The translations under genes and the position numbers were made by a program. The notes under the pieces were generated by a model that was not told where the DNA came from, searched no databases, and was given only the letters and a program-made list of their open reading frames with translations. Shown piece by piece: positions 39,168 through 52,700 of a DNA stretch of 64,000 nt (position 1 is its first letter; every line of letters begins with the position of its first letter). The DNA lies in assembly GCA_051362555.1 (NCBI GenBank), contig CM120648.1, forward strand, positions 8,118,587 through 8,182,586. The letters run 5' to 3'. The stretch comes from Lingula anatina. Its lineage: Eukaryota; Animalia; Brachiopoda.

Positions 39168-41469
39168 ACTGTAAGATATCATCTCCCTTTGCCAAGGGAA
39201 GTGGTATTCATTTTCCTAAAGGTTAATCAATATCTACTGAGTCTTTCCTTAATTCCTCTAGAAAAGAAGCTGTGAATGCTGTCAATAAAACAATATATCA
39301 TTATTAACATTGATATAATTCTGCAGAATCAGTAATTTTAAAATAATTGCAAGTTCGTGTTCTACTCAGTCAGCTAGGGCTACAGCCAGCATTTTTCCAA
39401 TCGGGGGGTGTCTCTTTCTGAAAAAAAGTGTACCTTCTTACAGTGCGGTTTTACTATAATACATGTAACAAAAGAGGCTTTATAATATTTTCATTCAAAA
39501 TGGACCTTTTCCAAGCCAAAAGAGTGATTCGTTCCAATCCCTCGCTCCCTTCCCCAAGGACCCTCGGACTTGTGGTACTGTAGTTATCAAATGACTACAC
39601 TTTGTCACTGTCAAATAGCTTATTGGCTGTCAAAAAACTACAACATGTAACTTAATATATCATTCAGGGCCATGTGGCTACATCCTTCTGAAAAGGAAAG
39701 TCATGTAACGCAGAAATAAAGACCCATGGAGTGTACTGGTTTTATTGATAATGCACTCCCAGGTGGGGATAAAGCCATCTTTGAACAACAAAGATATGTC
39801 TGAGAGGCTGATCGAAACAGATCTGAAAGAACTTCATTACTATTGAGAAAAAGAGTATTTGATATCTTTTGCAAAAAAAAAAGTTCAGACTTGTTTGGGA
39901 TAGTTTGTCTCCATCTTAGTTCATTCAAAATCTTTTCCACCCAAAGATATCAAATTATCTTTCTCACAAGTTTTCCAAAGGTGTACAATAACGTTCGTGG
40001 CTTCAACAATTATATTCCTGAAATAACCCTCAGATGTCCAATATAACAGCCATTGTTCACACATAAGAACACTGATGACCTATTGTTATTATACAGATAT
40101 GTGTTTACTGATGAGTGAGAAAGGCTTATACAGATTTAAGTTCATGTAGTATAACTCAAGCCAGTGCAAAAATAGCCTTTAGTTTCTATAAATATCCTTA
40201 AAGTGTTCGCCTTTTGAATCAGCAATTCAGCATGATGACCAAATTACATAGATAATCAACATTTCTGCATTACTGTGTCAATTTCTCAGACACTCACTTA
40301 TTTACGAGTATTATCTCAGATCACATAAAAGTTGAACAACTACAATAATTTCATTTGAAGTGATTATGCAGTGTTGTCTTTAAATTTTGCCCTTTAGAAT
40401 GCATATCCAAGTTTTAAAACATTAACTCAGAATGAAAAACCTCTTGTTTTATGGACTTACCATTTCTCCGGTGTGTGTATTTTCTACCAATGCCTCCAAG
40501 GCACCAACGAAGGATTCTCCAAATAAAGGCCATTTTTTATCCAAAACTTTCTCAGCAGCTGTCTGTAAATTGTTCTGCTTTTTGAATTTCTTTTTCTTTT
40601 TTTCAATAGTCAATAGCCATTCAATGTGTTTCAACTCCTTTGGGAATTTCAAAAAGACTAAATTCCCTGTAAATTAATTTCTCATCAAATGAATGTCTTT
40701 TCTTTGCCTTTTCTTATCCTTTTTCCTTTCCCAGGCACAAAATCTGTTCACTGCAAACTACAAATTCTACCAAATAATGATCACAAATTGGCAATGTTTG
40801 TCTCTAATGTTTTTAGCAAAAACAAACTTAAAAGACATACATTCACTTTCTAGTCATACAAATATCTCAATTATAGCTATTTTTATAATTCACAATTACT
40901 ACTACTCAATCCACAGTTCTGTTCATCATAATCAGAGCACCAAAGTGTGGCAACAGTTTATCAACTCAAAAATATCTATTGGAAAAAGATTATGGGTAAA
41001 GTATCCAAAATCAATGTAGGTTTTTGAGGCCAGTTGTTTTCCCTCCACTCAGACATATTGAAGAAATCAAAGATGCCGTCAAGGAAGCATTTAATCTCTT
41101 AATGGTGTAAATGATTTTATGAACATGTAAGAGCATAATGAATCAGATTGTATGATTGCGTGTCTCTATAGTGTGTAGGTGGTAGTAGTAGCATGCTACA
41201 GTCACAATCAGTCTCTTTTTGTTCCGTAAGGGCCTAACATCATCCTTTTTTCTTCTCAAGATTTTTCCCTAGAACTGTCATTTAAATGATTGTTTCTCAG
41301 TATTTAAACAGCAGTCACATGTGGTGAAATATTTTTTGAAGAAAAACGCATTTGTCCTCATGAAGACTCATCCCATGGATATGAAAATGTCTTAACTTTT
41401 TTAGAATAATATCTCTTGCAAATTTATTTTTGGGTTACCCTTTTTGTCTTTTTGTACAGTGCTTCAAAA

Positions 41470-41615
41470 TACTTCACTTATACTTTGATGTCAAAAGTTA
41501 CGCAGAGACACTGAAAACAACATGGTTCTAGTAGGATTGTATCATATTGTTCAATTGCTGTTATTCATACTCTGATGTTAAAAAAGCTTCATATACAAAG
41601 CTTTACATCTAAATT
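41470..41615 (+). repeat. Dispersed direct repeat of about 145 bp; second copy at about 44215-44362
   Basis: atactttgatgtcaaaa...catggt.ctagtag.attgtat...tgatgttaaaaaag.ttcatatacaaagcttta is present at both loci. Confidence 0.8.
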
Positions 41616-42060
41616 CACCATTGGGTATTATCTGCCACTGAGTTCTACTTCAAGTATGCAGTTTCTTTTGTAGATAGAAGTGTGACAACTCAATGTTAAT
41701 TTAGATGTTTTATCATATTTTTCATACTGCTCTTGACAAAAATATCATTGATTGGACTTTATCTGGGTTAAGTCTTGGTTAAAAATTCCTATGATCAATA
41801 GTTTCATATATGTTAGAGTGAATATAAAAAATGATCCATTAATTGTAATGCTATTCCATCACTAAATGAAATTTTGTCAGAAATGTCTTCTTCTGTTACT
41901 GAACACTGGGTCTTTATTATATTACAAGACTTCAAATGAGAGACAAAATACAATTTCCCCCAATCTGATGATGTTATGGGATAAAAAACTGAATCAATTC
42001 CTATCTTAATTTTCATTAATTTCACAGAGGAAACTCAATAAGGTCTCAGCTACTTATAAC

Positions 42061-42100
<40 letters not shown>

Positions 42101-43642
42101 CAACAAATAATAACTGCTAATCACTGTAAACTTAACATTCATGTACACACACAGACACACACACACACACACACACACTCACTCGCACATACATACAAAT
42201 ATACAGGCTCTAATGAGACAAAAAAAAATACGGGAAAATAAGCACCTCCCCCCTTCTCCTCCCCAACTCGAGCCAGCACCTGAGCAAGGTTACCTGAGCA
42301 GGAGTGGGCGACTTAAAGTGGGGTTAACACTAAATGTGTTCAAGCTCATGACAGCTTGATAATTCCTAATCATGGCGTAACATCAAAGGGACACTACTGT
42401 TGTTGTTTTACTGGGTTTATTGATCCGTTTGCCGAGCTCGGCTCCACGATCACTACAGAAGCACATTCCATTGAGTATGTATTGATTTTTAATCGCTCAT
42501 TAACTGCTGTGAATGATAAACAAAGATCAGTAGGTACTTAAACACGCAAGTGAATGATGACGGTGAATAAAATACAATATTTTTATGGTGAACAACACCA
42601 AGCTTAAATATACACTTTTCAACTCGGAATACTCCCTCACACAGATTCCTCACTAACATATGATCCTACAGGTTCCCAAAGGAAATTATACAAAGGATCC
42701 CACAGGAAATCTTTTTGCAAGGGAACCAACTCACGAGCTTTCAGTTCTACCAGTTTCCTTCTGATTTTTTTTTTTTTTTTTTTTTTTGTAATTGACAAAT
42801 TTCAGAGGAAAAAAAAACAAAATCAAAACTGAGGCCCAAATCTCTAATCAATATCTATTTAGCACAACTGCAGTGTATTTTGGTCACAAGGATGATAATG
42901 AAATAAACCATGTACATAAATAGTGGTCCTGAAAAGGTTGCTGTGTTTTTTTTTACTCCACTAGGGATCAGAAGGTTCAGAGATACAACAACTAAATCCC
43001 AGTGAGACTTGCAGCCTGGAACTTAATAAGGGGTTTCTTCTTCTGAAAATTGGACCTTTTTACCTCTAAGTTGACTTAATAGATGGCATTAGTACCAGGA
43101 AAAATATGATTCAGAGCAGAACTTTTCCAACCAAAACTGTGATTCTTTTGAATCTTCCTAACCCCCCTTGCCCATGGGCCTGCCAGTTAGTGGTACATGT
43201 ATTTCTCTTTTATAGGACAATTTTAACTTTAAATATTATTGAGTCTATTCTTCTATAAACCTCATTTCTAATGCTCCAATCGATAATATTTTTTCATCAT
43301 CACATTCTGGGAGCATGTTGTTAATTTTGGGTTATTTAAATAAACATTTCCATTCCAAACTCACCAATAAAGGTTTTCATCTTTGGCCATCTCATGTCCA
43401 CTTTAAGGTCCAGTTTCATGTCCACTAACTACTCACAGATACTCACATCCTTGTTATTTCATGTAGATCACATATATAATAACCCGCTATGATGTATGAT
43501 ATAATGCCACCATTCATACATATATTGCATCAAAGCTAATTCCCATTCATGGACTAAATAATGAGTACCACCCTTGTGTCATACCTGTACCTGGGCAGAT
43601 GAGGTTCACTGAGAATTTAACTCATTCCCCCCTGCTCCTGGG

Positions 43643-43845
43643 CATAAAATTTTAAAATAACTACATGTAAGCATATTGGGCATGGTACATATTCATTTCA
43701 ATATGATGCATGAAATAAACTGAATAAGTTTGATTCTCAGCCATAAAATTTGAAAATTACTATTCGTAAACTTAGCGGACATGGTGCATACTCATTTCAA
43801 TATGATGCATGAAATAAACTGAATGAGCTTGATTTTCAGTCATAA
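43643..43845. repeat. Tandem duplication of about 99 bp
   Basis: catttcaatatgatgcatgaaataaactgaat occurs twice, about 99 bp apart. Confidence 0.9.
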
Positions 43846-46811
43846 TAGCACAACAAAATTTCAAAAACACCTTAATAATTAAAAGAAAAAGAAAGATAAG
43901 GGAAATTTACTTGGCAGTTACCTAATAATGACAGACCTATAGGCAGGGGGGAGAGGACCTTACAAAGTTTTGAAAGACACCCCCCCCCCATTTTTTTTTA
44001 TAGAAGTGGTCTGCTCTGCATCAAAATAAGAGGATAAAAAGGCCATTTGTTCAGAAAAAGACAAAAAAATGCAAACTAAAACTGCTTTTGTGATAACAAT
44101 CCTTTTGAAGTTTATCACCAAACATTTTTGTGTTTATGCACCTTTCCCATAGAATTTTTTCCCCTTAAATGTATTTGCATCAATGACCAAATGGTTAATA
44201 AGACTTCACTTCAGATGTTCATACTTTGATGTCAAAAATTATGCAGCGACACAAAAAATTACATGGTACTAGTAGCATTGTATGAAGCCTGCCATTAATT
44301 TAATTGCTGACATCCATACTTTGATGTTAAAAAAGGTTCATATACAAAGCTTTATACCAAAATACCTTCAGGGTCTACACAGGATTCACACACTGTTTGA
44401 ATGGTGATAAAAGTAACATTTGGAGGCAATCTCAACAAATTATTAAATAGTAACACTTGTGATTTTTTTTGCACAAATTATATTAAACAGCATAAAAATT
44501 GTAAAAGACTAACTATTACAGAAATTAAAAAGGCGAATGGCAGAACTGAATGAGGCAATAAGAAAAATAGGGGTTTGTATAACATCAGTGCGTCATTTAG
44601 AAGCAATGAAATAATGCAAAATGATGTTGGGTGTTTACAGGGAATGATCTTAATCAAGAAAAAAATTAATAAATATTCACCCAACCTACCTCCTCTCCCC
44701 CACCCCCATATGGTAAGGTCCTGTCTTCACCACTATGCCACCTGCACTAGTGAAAATTGCCAATATGGATTCATGGTTTTAAAAAATTATTAGGAAATTG
44801 GTGAATGAAACAGAAAACACATGGTATGATGTCAAATTGCTTGTAAGATGCTTAATCAAGAACAAAAAAGTTGTCTTTCTCTCCCCTCCATATGAAAAAA
44901 TCCTGTATTCACCAGTATAACATGTCACCCATGAGACTCTGGCATGAAACGGAGCATGTCAGTGCCTGGACCCAACAGGTAGCATGTCCTCAGTGACAGG
45001 TGAGATTTGTAACACCTGGTAGTGTTATCAACAAGTGTAATCTGCATTGTGTAATCTACAATCATAAATCTACAAAGTGTAATATACAAGTGAAATCTAC
45101 ACTTGGGAATCCTTGCGTGAAACATAATTCATTTCACTGATCTTTACTTCTGCTTTGTATATTTTCAACAACACCAAGGAAAAATTAAAGTGGCTTCCTC
45201 TTTCAACATGAATGTAATAATGTGCATATAAATAAATTCTTGGTGACTAGTGTTTCATAAATAGTTCTAAATTTTGGGGCTTAAAATGAAAAGGCTAAAA
45301 TTGACCAGCTAAAAATGTTAAGTCAACTTTGTGGTACTGGCCAAAACTCTTTACAGTTTGCCCACAATAAATGTTACAGATACAACAGTATCCCCTGTCA
45401 ATAGTGCTTTAAACAATCAACACTTAGACTGGTTGTTCTGACTGTGTCTGGAGGAGATGACAGATGTGTTCCTTTATCTCCTCTATCACATTCTATTTCT
45501 CTGCCAGCCATGCATATTTTTGTCAATTTTAGTTTAAAAAGGGTAAAAAGATTTAAAAAATCAGCTGACTCTTGTAATGTAGAAAAAACCTTTTTAGTGT
45601 GTCTAGCTCCTTTATGCTGAAAACCGACAGAGAGGCCCACAAATAAATGTTCCCTGAAAATCTTGCCTGATAGAAAAAGAAATACATTTCTGCATGTCTT
45701 CATTTTTTTTATATACTATATATTCAACAGAATTTTTTTTGTGAAATTGCACACTTGTCTAGGCCATGAATATGTTCTTCAGTTCCAACACCGACTATGA
45801 GCTCCCAATTTATTATCCATATCATTCCATAGTGTGCCCTATCACATTAAGAGAAATAAAAACATGGTGCCTATCATAATGACATTTAAAGGACCCCTAA
45901 CCACAGATGTCAGTTAAATCTAACCAGAATACCACATCAAAGAGAACAGAAGCACTGGCAATTTTACTTGTTGCCTTTTATACTACACTTACTTATAGTT
46001 CTGATTAACTTGTAACAATTATTATTTTTATGAATCTATATTAAGATGTATGTATTGTACATGTACATAAAGTAGAAATAAATATTGAAGAAATAAATAA
46101 TGCTGGCCTGTAACTTTCAGTAAATGTTCTAGCTATGATGCCTTAATTTTTTAGACAAATCTTATAAATCAAAACAAGCTGTACTGGTTTTTCTTTTGTG
46201 ATCTGGCTAGCATCTTTACTATCTTATAACAGACAACTCAATCACAGACTATAAAAAGAATAGCACACTGAATTCAATTAGTAGAAATATGACAAATTAC
46301 AACATAATGATACGAGGATAACTGTTCTGAGTATTCCTTAAGCCCCTCTACCACTTATTCACATATAAAGTAACAAGCACCTGCTAAACAATCAGAGTGC
46401 TGTATGACATAGACTATTATTATATAATCCTTCTCTCCCTCAGTTAATATGACAGTTTTGTCTAACAGCTATTATTGTGAATTTGAGCAAAACTGAATGG
46501 TGGTAATCCCAAGAAAATGAAAGTTATAAATGATATTGATCTGATTTAGCAAGAAAAGGAAGTCAGAAAAGAAAATGGTGTTTGTTTACTGACTTAGTTG
46601 CCCGAGGAGGGTCAAAATGAATAAGTTATACTTCAAACAGAGATATTTATGGAATTCAGTTAATTTGCTTGTCAATGTTCACACTTTATACAATGATATC
46701 TTCCAGTTGTTGAAATATAACAGAAAAAATTACTTACTATTAAAGTTACATATCCCAGTATTTGACTCTTTTCTGAAGAGCAGTCAAATGTTAATAAATC
46801 CTTAATATTTT

Positions 46812-47092
46812 GTCACAGACCCAGCTAGACAGTCAGTACAAGGCTGACAGTCACAGATCCAGGTTGACTATCACAGTACAAGGTTGATAGTCATAGAACC
46901 AGGTTGACAGTCACAGTTCAAGGTTGACAGTCATAGAACCAGGTTGACAGTCACAGTTCAAGGTTGACAGTCATAGAACCAGGTTGACAGTCAGAGTACA
47001 AGGTTGACAGCGACAGTACAAGGTCGAGAGTCAGAGTACAAGGTTGGCAGTAACAGATCCAGGTTGACAGTCACAGTTGAAGATTGACAGCT
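46812..47092. repeat. 20-bp minisatellite with a 40-bp higher-order period, about 14 units
   Basis: Alternating aggttgacagtcacagt(t/a)ca and aggttgacagtcatagaacc. Confidence 0.95.
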
Positions 47093-47500
47093 ACATGTAG
47101 TTCTCAAATCATAATCAGTCTTACAATATCAATTCAAAAATGAACCCAAATATCTAACACTATGAACCACCAGAGTACAAGGATAAATAGCTGCTACCAC
47201 ACATTCAGCTGGCACATTTGTTTGACAGATCTATAATTTTAGAAAAATGACAGCTACAAAGTGTTTCCCAATTGACCCCTCCTTCTTTTGTAGAAATCAA
47301 GCTAAATATAATCTACTAGAAGCTATCACCTCCAGCTGTTCCTCAAGTACAGCAGTACCAGATGGGTATGTGTAGTGAATGTCCTTTGCTGACTCCTGCT
47401 ATCTATATATACTACATATCCATGGTCTCACAGATCCGCAGACTAAATATTCCATGATGACTTCCCCGCCTACACATGGCCGTCACTGCAGGGTCCTTAA

Positions 47501-47746
47501 GAGACCATTCCCACAGATACTTGGATCGATCTATCTCCTTGGAGAGTCTCACTAAATTGCTATCAACATAACTGGCTTAATGTCTGTCACGCCTAGTAAA
47601 GCTGTTAGGGGGTAATTATCTTTACCCTAGCTGATTCAGTAGGCATGACAGACATTTAAGCAGGTTAGTTGATAGCAATATATAGTGAGACTCCCCAAGG
47701 AGTTAGACCGATCCAGACGGATCGATCTAGGTATGGGAACCCAGTC
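47501..47746. mobile_element. Fully palindromic MITE related to family A
   Basis: TAA TSD. Both halves match the left half of family A (gagtctcacta...gcttaatgtctgtca.gccta) in inverted orientation. Confidence 0.85.
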
Positions 47747-49048
47747 TAAATCTCTTAGCTGAGATTTAATTCTTTTAATGGTGCACGTAGAGGCGGGGAG
47801 ACGGTCAAGGGTTTAAGCTGCACTGCTTTTAAATATGGTCGGCCATATTTAGTCAGCATATCAGTTAGTCCACATATTATACCAACTGAACCATACCCAC
47901 AAGAAAACCTGCTGGTCAACTGAACCAAGAAAATTGCTGGAAATCTGCTGTTAAAGTAGTTAATCTTGGTGAGCCTAAGCAAAATCCTACAGACATCGCA
48001 GATCCATCAAAGACACAGAGGCCATATATGACACTCTATTAACTATTAACTCTATTAAGTATCCCCCTGTCTGCCACTCCCTCCCCCCAAAAAGAAAATT
48101 TAAAAAACAAGTGAAACTCAAAAATCTCAGCAATATTTTCTTCCCTGCACATATTACAGTTAACTTGCTGTCGTCTGATGTTTTACTTGCTTTGCTCATA
48201 TTTTATCTTTCTGCTCCCCCTCCCCATCCTATTAGCAGAGTTATGGTTGAACTGCCAGTACTCTGTCAAAATTGATATATAGGGGATGGTTAAAAGCAGA
48301 GCAGATAAATTATTACACAATTATTTCCACAATATCAGGGCTATATAAACAAGTATATAATTATACATATTTATAATGTAAATGCACTGAGTGCACTTCA
48401 GCCTTACTTCATAACTGCATTCATCTATCTTCATCATCTCTTTCTTAAAATGACATAAAAGAATGAAAAAAATAAAAGTGCGAAAGAATAACAGCCCTTC
48501 CTGCAATATTATCATTAGTAATAAACATCCATCCTGTAGCACATGTAAATTGTCCAAGTAATATCCAGATACTGGTTTTCTCTTTCCCTGTACCTTCCGA
48601 TGTGCAAATAAAAAAAAAATGATATTCATTAACCAGGTTACTGGCCCCGAATCTCTCATGGTACCATGAGGGTAGATAGCCTCTTCCAGACACCAACATA
48701 TCCAAATCATCCTCTCTCCATTCCATTCCATTACCTACCTTTTCCTCTCCCTACTATTTTGCCAAGTAGCTGGCACCAGACCTGGAGTGCATTTTATCCC
48801 ACGCTGCTGCTGGGTTTATGAAATGATAGGGACCTATATCAGTGTTTTCATACACCCCGTGTTTCGCGGGCTATATTTGTGCATGACAGCTAGCCCAAGT
48901 TTCTGAATTTTTGAGTATGTCCGAATTAATGTTACAACTTACAGTAAAAATTTGTTCACTAAAAAATCATTAGAAACATACTTATAGATAGATTTGGTAT
49001 AATTAATGGTTGGGTAAATTAATATTCCTTGTCCACATCCAAAGAAAT

Positions 49049-49717
49049 CACCCTGAGCTTCAGAGATAACTTGCCACTAACCTCTTCACTATAGCCTATC
49101 TTCATCGTGTCAAGTTACCTCTGACGAAAATAGTTTGACCTAGTTTATATAAGCCAATCGAATCCATGTTTCAAAATTTTTCACCAAAGTTTGGTGAAAA
49201 CGCTGATTGGTTGACCGTCAATCGGCAATCCTCGGCTGATTCCGCAAGCTCCATACTAACAACAAAGTTTTTGTCGAGTGCGGAGACATCCGAGTAGTTC
49301 CAAGTGCATAACCGAACACAAAGAAAGCATGGCGTCTCCTACGAGTGACTACGTAAAATAATGTGTTAAGTTATCTCTTGATTCTTTGCAAGATATGAGT
49401 ATATCGGAATTGAAACCAGAGCAGTTTGAGGCCCTGCATCATTATCTACTGAGGGATGATGTATTTTGCGTGCTGCCCACAGGTTACGGCAAGTCCCTGA
49501 TATTCAGCCTTATCTTTGATTGGTCCGGATTTGAACAAAGCGCGCTTTGACTCGTTCGCGTTCATTGGCTAGATCGTTCAATGAGTCATTGAGTGCGGGC
49601 TTTAAATTTGATTGGCGGGCGGCGGAGGCTATCGAATGTGGTCAGAGGTAACTTGACACGATGAAGATAGGCTATAGTGAAGAGGTTAGTGGCAAGTTAT
49701 CTCTGAAGCTCAGGGTA
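49049..49717 (+). mobile_element. Non-autonomous TIR element carrying a RecQ-helicase fragment (AcademH-like)
   Basis: 77-bp TIRs (49049-49125 and 49641-49717), identical except the terminal base. 8-bp direct repeat AAAGAAAT on both sides. Internal helicase remnant. Confidence 0.88.
49329..49506 (+). pseudogene. 5' fragment of a RecQ-like SF2 helicase (motif 0/Q and Walker A)
   Basis: MASPTSDYVK*CVKLSLDSLQDMSISELKPEQFEALHHYLLRDDVFCVLPTGYGKSLIF. One in-frame stop; truncated immediately after PTGYGKS. Confidence 0.88.
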
Positions 49718-52700
49718 AAAGAAATAAAGCTGGCTTAGAAATATGAAATATAAGTCACAAGTTGTCATCCATTTTTCATTTCTGCAGTCTTTTTCATGTT
49801 TCCCTCATTATAGCTTAAAAAATATAATAATCAAAGTCCAGACTGTGGGTTTTCACCAGTACTAATTTAACCTGCCCAATATCTCTCAGGGTGTCTTTTT
49901 TAAAGCATCAATTTTGTGTCAAATGTCCAGTGTCATGACAGCTTGCATGCTGCGACTCTACAAAAAATGGCAGTCCAAAACAATGGTGACTCTCACTAGC
50001 GACAATGAGACTGCAGCCTGTCTTCACAGAAATGCACAAAAGACTGAACGAAAATTTAGTGAAAGTTCTTTTGAATACATGGTTTGCCTGTCCTTCTGAT
50101 GTCCAGAATAAAACATGCATTTTTCATCTGAATGATTCAAACATTGATTTCCTTTATTCTGCAGCTAAAAAATTCTGGGGGTAAAATGTTTGATTTGATA
50201 AAAAAATGCTACAAAATTCAATTTTTTGCTGATTTTAATGACATGTAAAGTCCCTATAAAATTCACCCTTTTTCTCAAATTTTGTGAAAACTAGTATCAC
50301 ATGCATCCCAATTCCACCAGTGTCTTCAAAAATGTACCCGGTACAAGCTGACATAACAACAACCACAATTACTCCTAAGTAGATTTTTAAGTGCAAACTC
50401 ACACTGTGACACCTTTAATTTGTGAGCACATTTTCCTTTCTTTTCAAGGCCATTTTACATAACCAACTGCTGTGACCTGTATACCTTTTAAAACTAAAAA
50501 CCTGCATGCTACTTTCAAAGAATAGCTTTGCAAATTATATTACTAATAGGTGGTTTTTAAACCAATGATATAGCCAGCACATATTACAAATATCTGTAGG
50601 ACGGGCTACTGGAACATCTAGATTAAGTCCAGACAGTACCAAGTTATAAGGTCTAAAACAGCCATCAAAGAGGTTAATTAATATTCTGTTGATTTCATTA
50701 TCAGAAGACCAGCGGGGCCTTTCTGTAACCCCCACCTCACAGCTATAGACAGTGCTTAAACTCTTGGCTGTTTTATGTATCGACGTCAATACGAGACAAT
50801 TAAATCACAATGGCAACACAATCTAGTCATCTGGGGAAACACGCTCATGAGATGCAAGCCCATTTACGTCAGTCCTCATGTTTGTAATTCCCTTAAGATT
50901 TCCTCCTATATAAAACAGGTCTTTAGCCAGCAACTGCAAAGGTGGGGGAGTTTTTTCTTTAAGCAAAAGCAGACTGTTTTAACTCCCATAGTCGATCCAA
51001 CTAAAAAAAGGCATAGAAGCTAGATCAATTTTTAGCTCATAGCAGACCTTTTCAGCTACACCAATAGAGCTTAGCTTATTCTTTATAAACCCCTCCCCCT
51101 CACTCCAAACAAACATGCATTCACGCATGCACGCACTCACATACACACACATGCACAAAACACACTCACAGCCTATGGGTCGTAAAAATCATAAAAAATA
51201 ATATCCTGAGCATCCTTATGGACTAAGCCTGACGAGAACTAAAATATTCTCAGATCACCCCTCCAGGCATCTGGTCTATGTTGATAATCTTATGTCTCAT
51301 CTGTTCTAGAATAGTCTATGGTGTAACTTTTCTGGTATTTCTGCATCTGACTACAGTACTTCCATATATATTCATCCTGGATGTTTAGAAGGGAGGGGGT
51401 CATTTCATTTATCTATTTGTCTATGCGTTTTTTGTTTGTTGTAACTAATATCTTTATTGATTTTATTCAATTATGTATTAGCTGAAACTCAACAAATGTA
51501 TCTGCAGTTGATGACCTGTCATGCATGGTTGAAACTAAAATGTCATGTATAAAATCATAGATCTGAAATGATTTCTATATACTGGCAATTCTAAAATATG
51601 TAAAATCACCACATTTGTGATCAAGGACCTTTGATGGAAACAGATCATCTCTTAAGAAACTATTTTCTTTTTGTTTGAGAATGGAAAAATGTGAAGAACT
51701 CAAAATCATTTTTAACAAAAAAAACTGAATCAAAATATCTCAAATGTAGTTGTGAATAGTTTCCTTTTTTTCTATTGTATGGATCCACTATATGTTAGCT
51801 TTCTAACTGACAGGCTGTAAATACATTAACACACTGGGAAATTCACTGTGAGGAGCTGCTTGGGACTACCCAGAAAATTACCAGGATTCCACATGTACCT
51901 AAAGATGATGATGTAGCACATATGGTCGTGTATGATGCCCTTTCAAAAACCACCTAAATTATTTATAAGACTCCATGCTCTCTGCACATCTGCTCAAGTG
52001 GTTGATGTGGCCAACTTGGATAACTGACTCAGTTAAGGGTTAAAAAAAAAGAAGCACAAATTTTCCCAAAGCGAGCTGCTTCTGTCTCCAAAATTTATCA
52101 CCTATTCCTGCTTAAATGCAAGAGTTCATTATTGGAACATGAGGCCTTACTTATCTCACAAAAAAACCTGTGCTGGCTGCTTCAGGAAAAAATCTAGACA
52201 AGTTCTTTCTTTATGAAATAAGATAATTTTTCAGTATTTCAACTGCGTGTGTGTGTGTGTGTGTGTGTGTGCGAGCACAGTCATGACATATCATTTAAAG
52301 CTACCTCTTGATGTCTGTTAGTACTGGTAGATCTGGGAGCAATTGAAATGTCAAGAAATATCCATATTTCCTCATTGCTGAAATGCCCAATACAATTGAT
52401 ATGAGTCATATATATCTATCATGGCCATACCTTCTTAATAAGTTGCACACCTGACAAATATATTTATCTATCCAAAGTACATGTAAACCTTTTACAGGAT
52501 ATCCCCCATGCATGCCAGGTTATTTCAAATATTCTTTTTTATTGAAATATATATATGAGGTGTCTTAGCTTCCAGGTTAGGCATAATACATATCATTATA
52601 CAACAGGCCAAATTAATTTTCCTTAAAAGACCTGTAAAATATTGATAATAAGAAATATTGTAAGAGAATGTTTCAGGAACACCTACCTTTAAAGCCTGTA

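Noticed and set aside
49329-49506. Host RecQ/BLM/WRN gene exon
   Set aside because: It has an in-frame stop, is truncated, and is enclosed by TIRs and a TSD, so it is transposon cargo.
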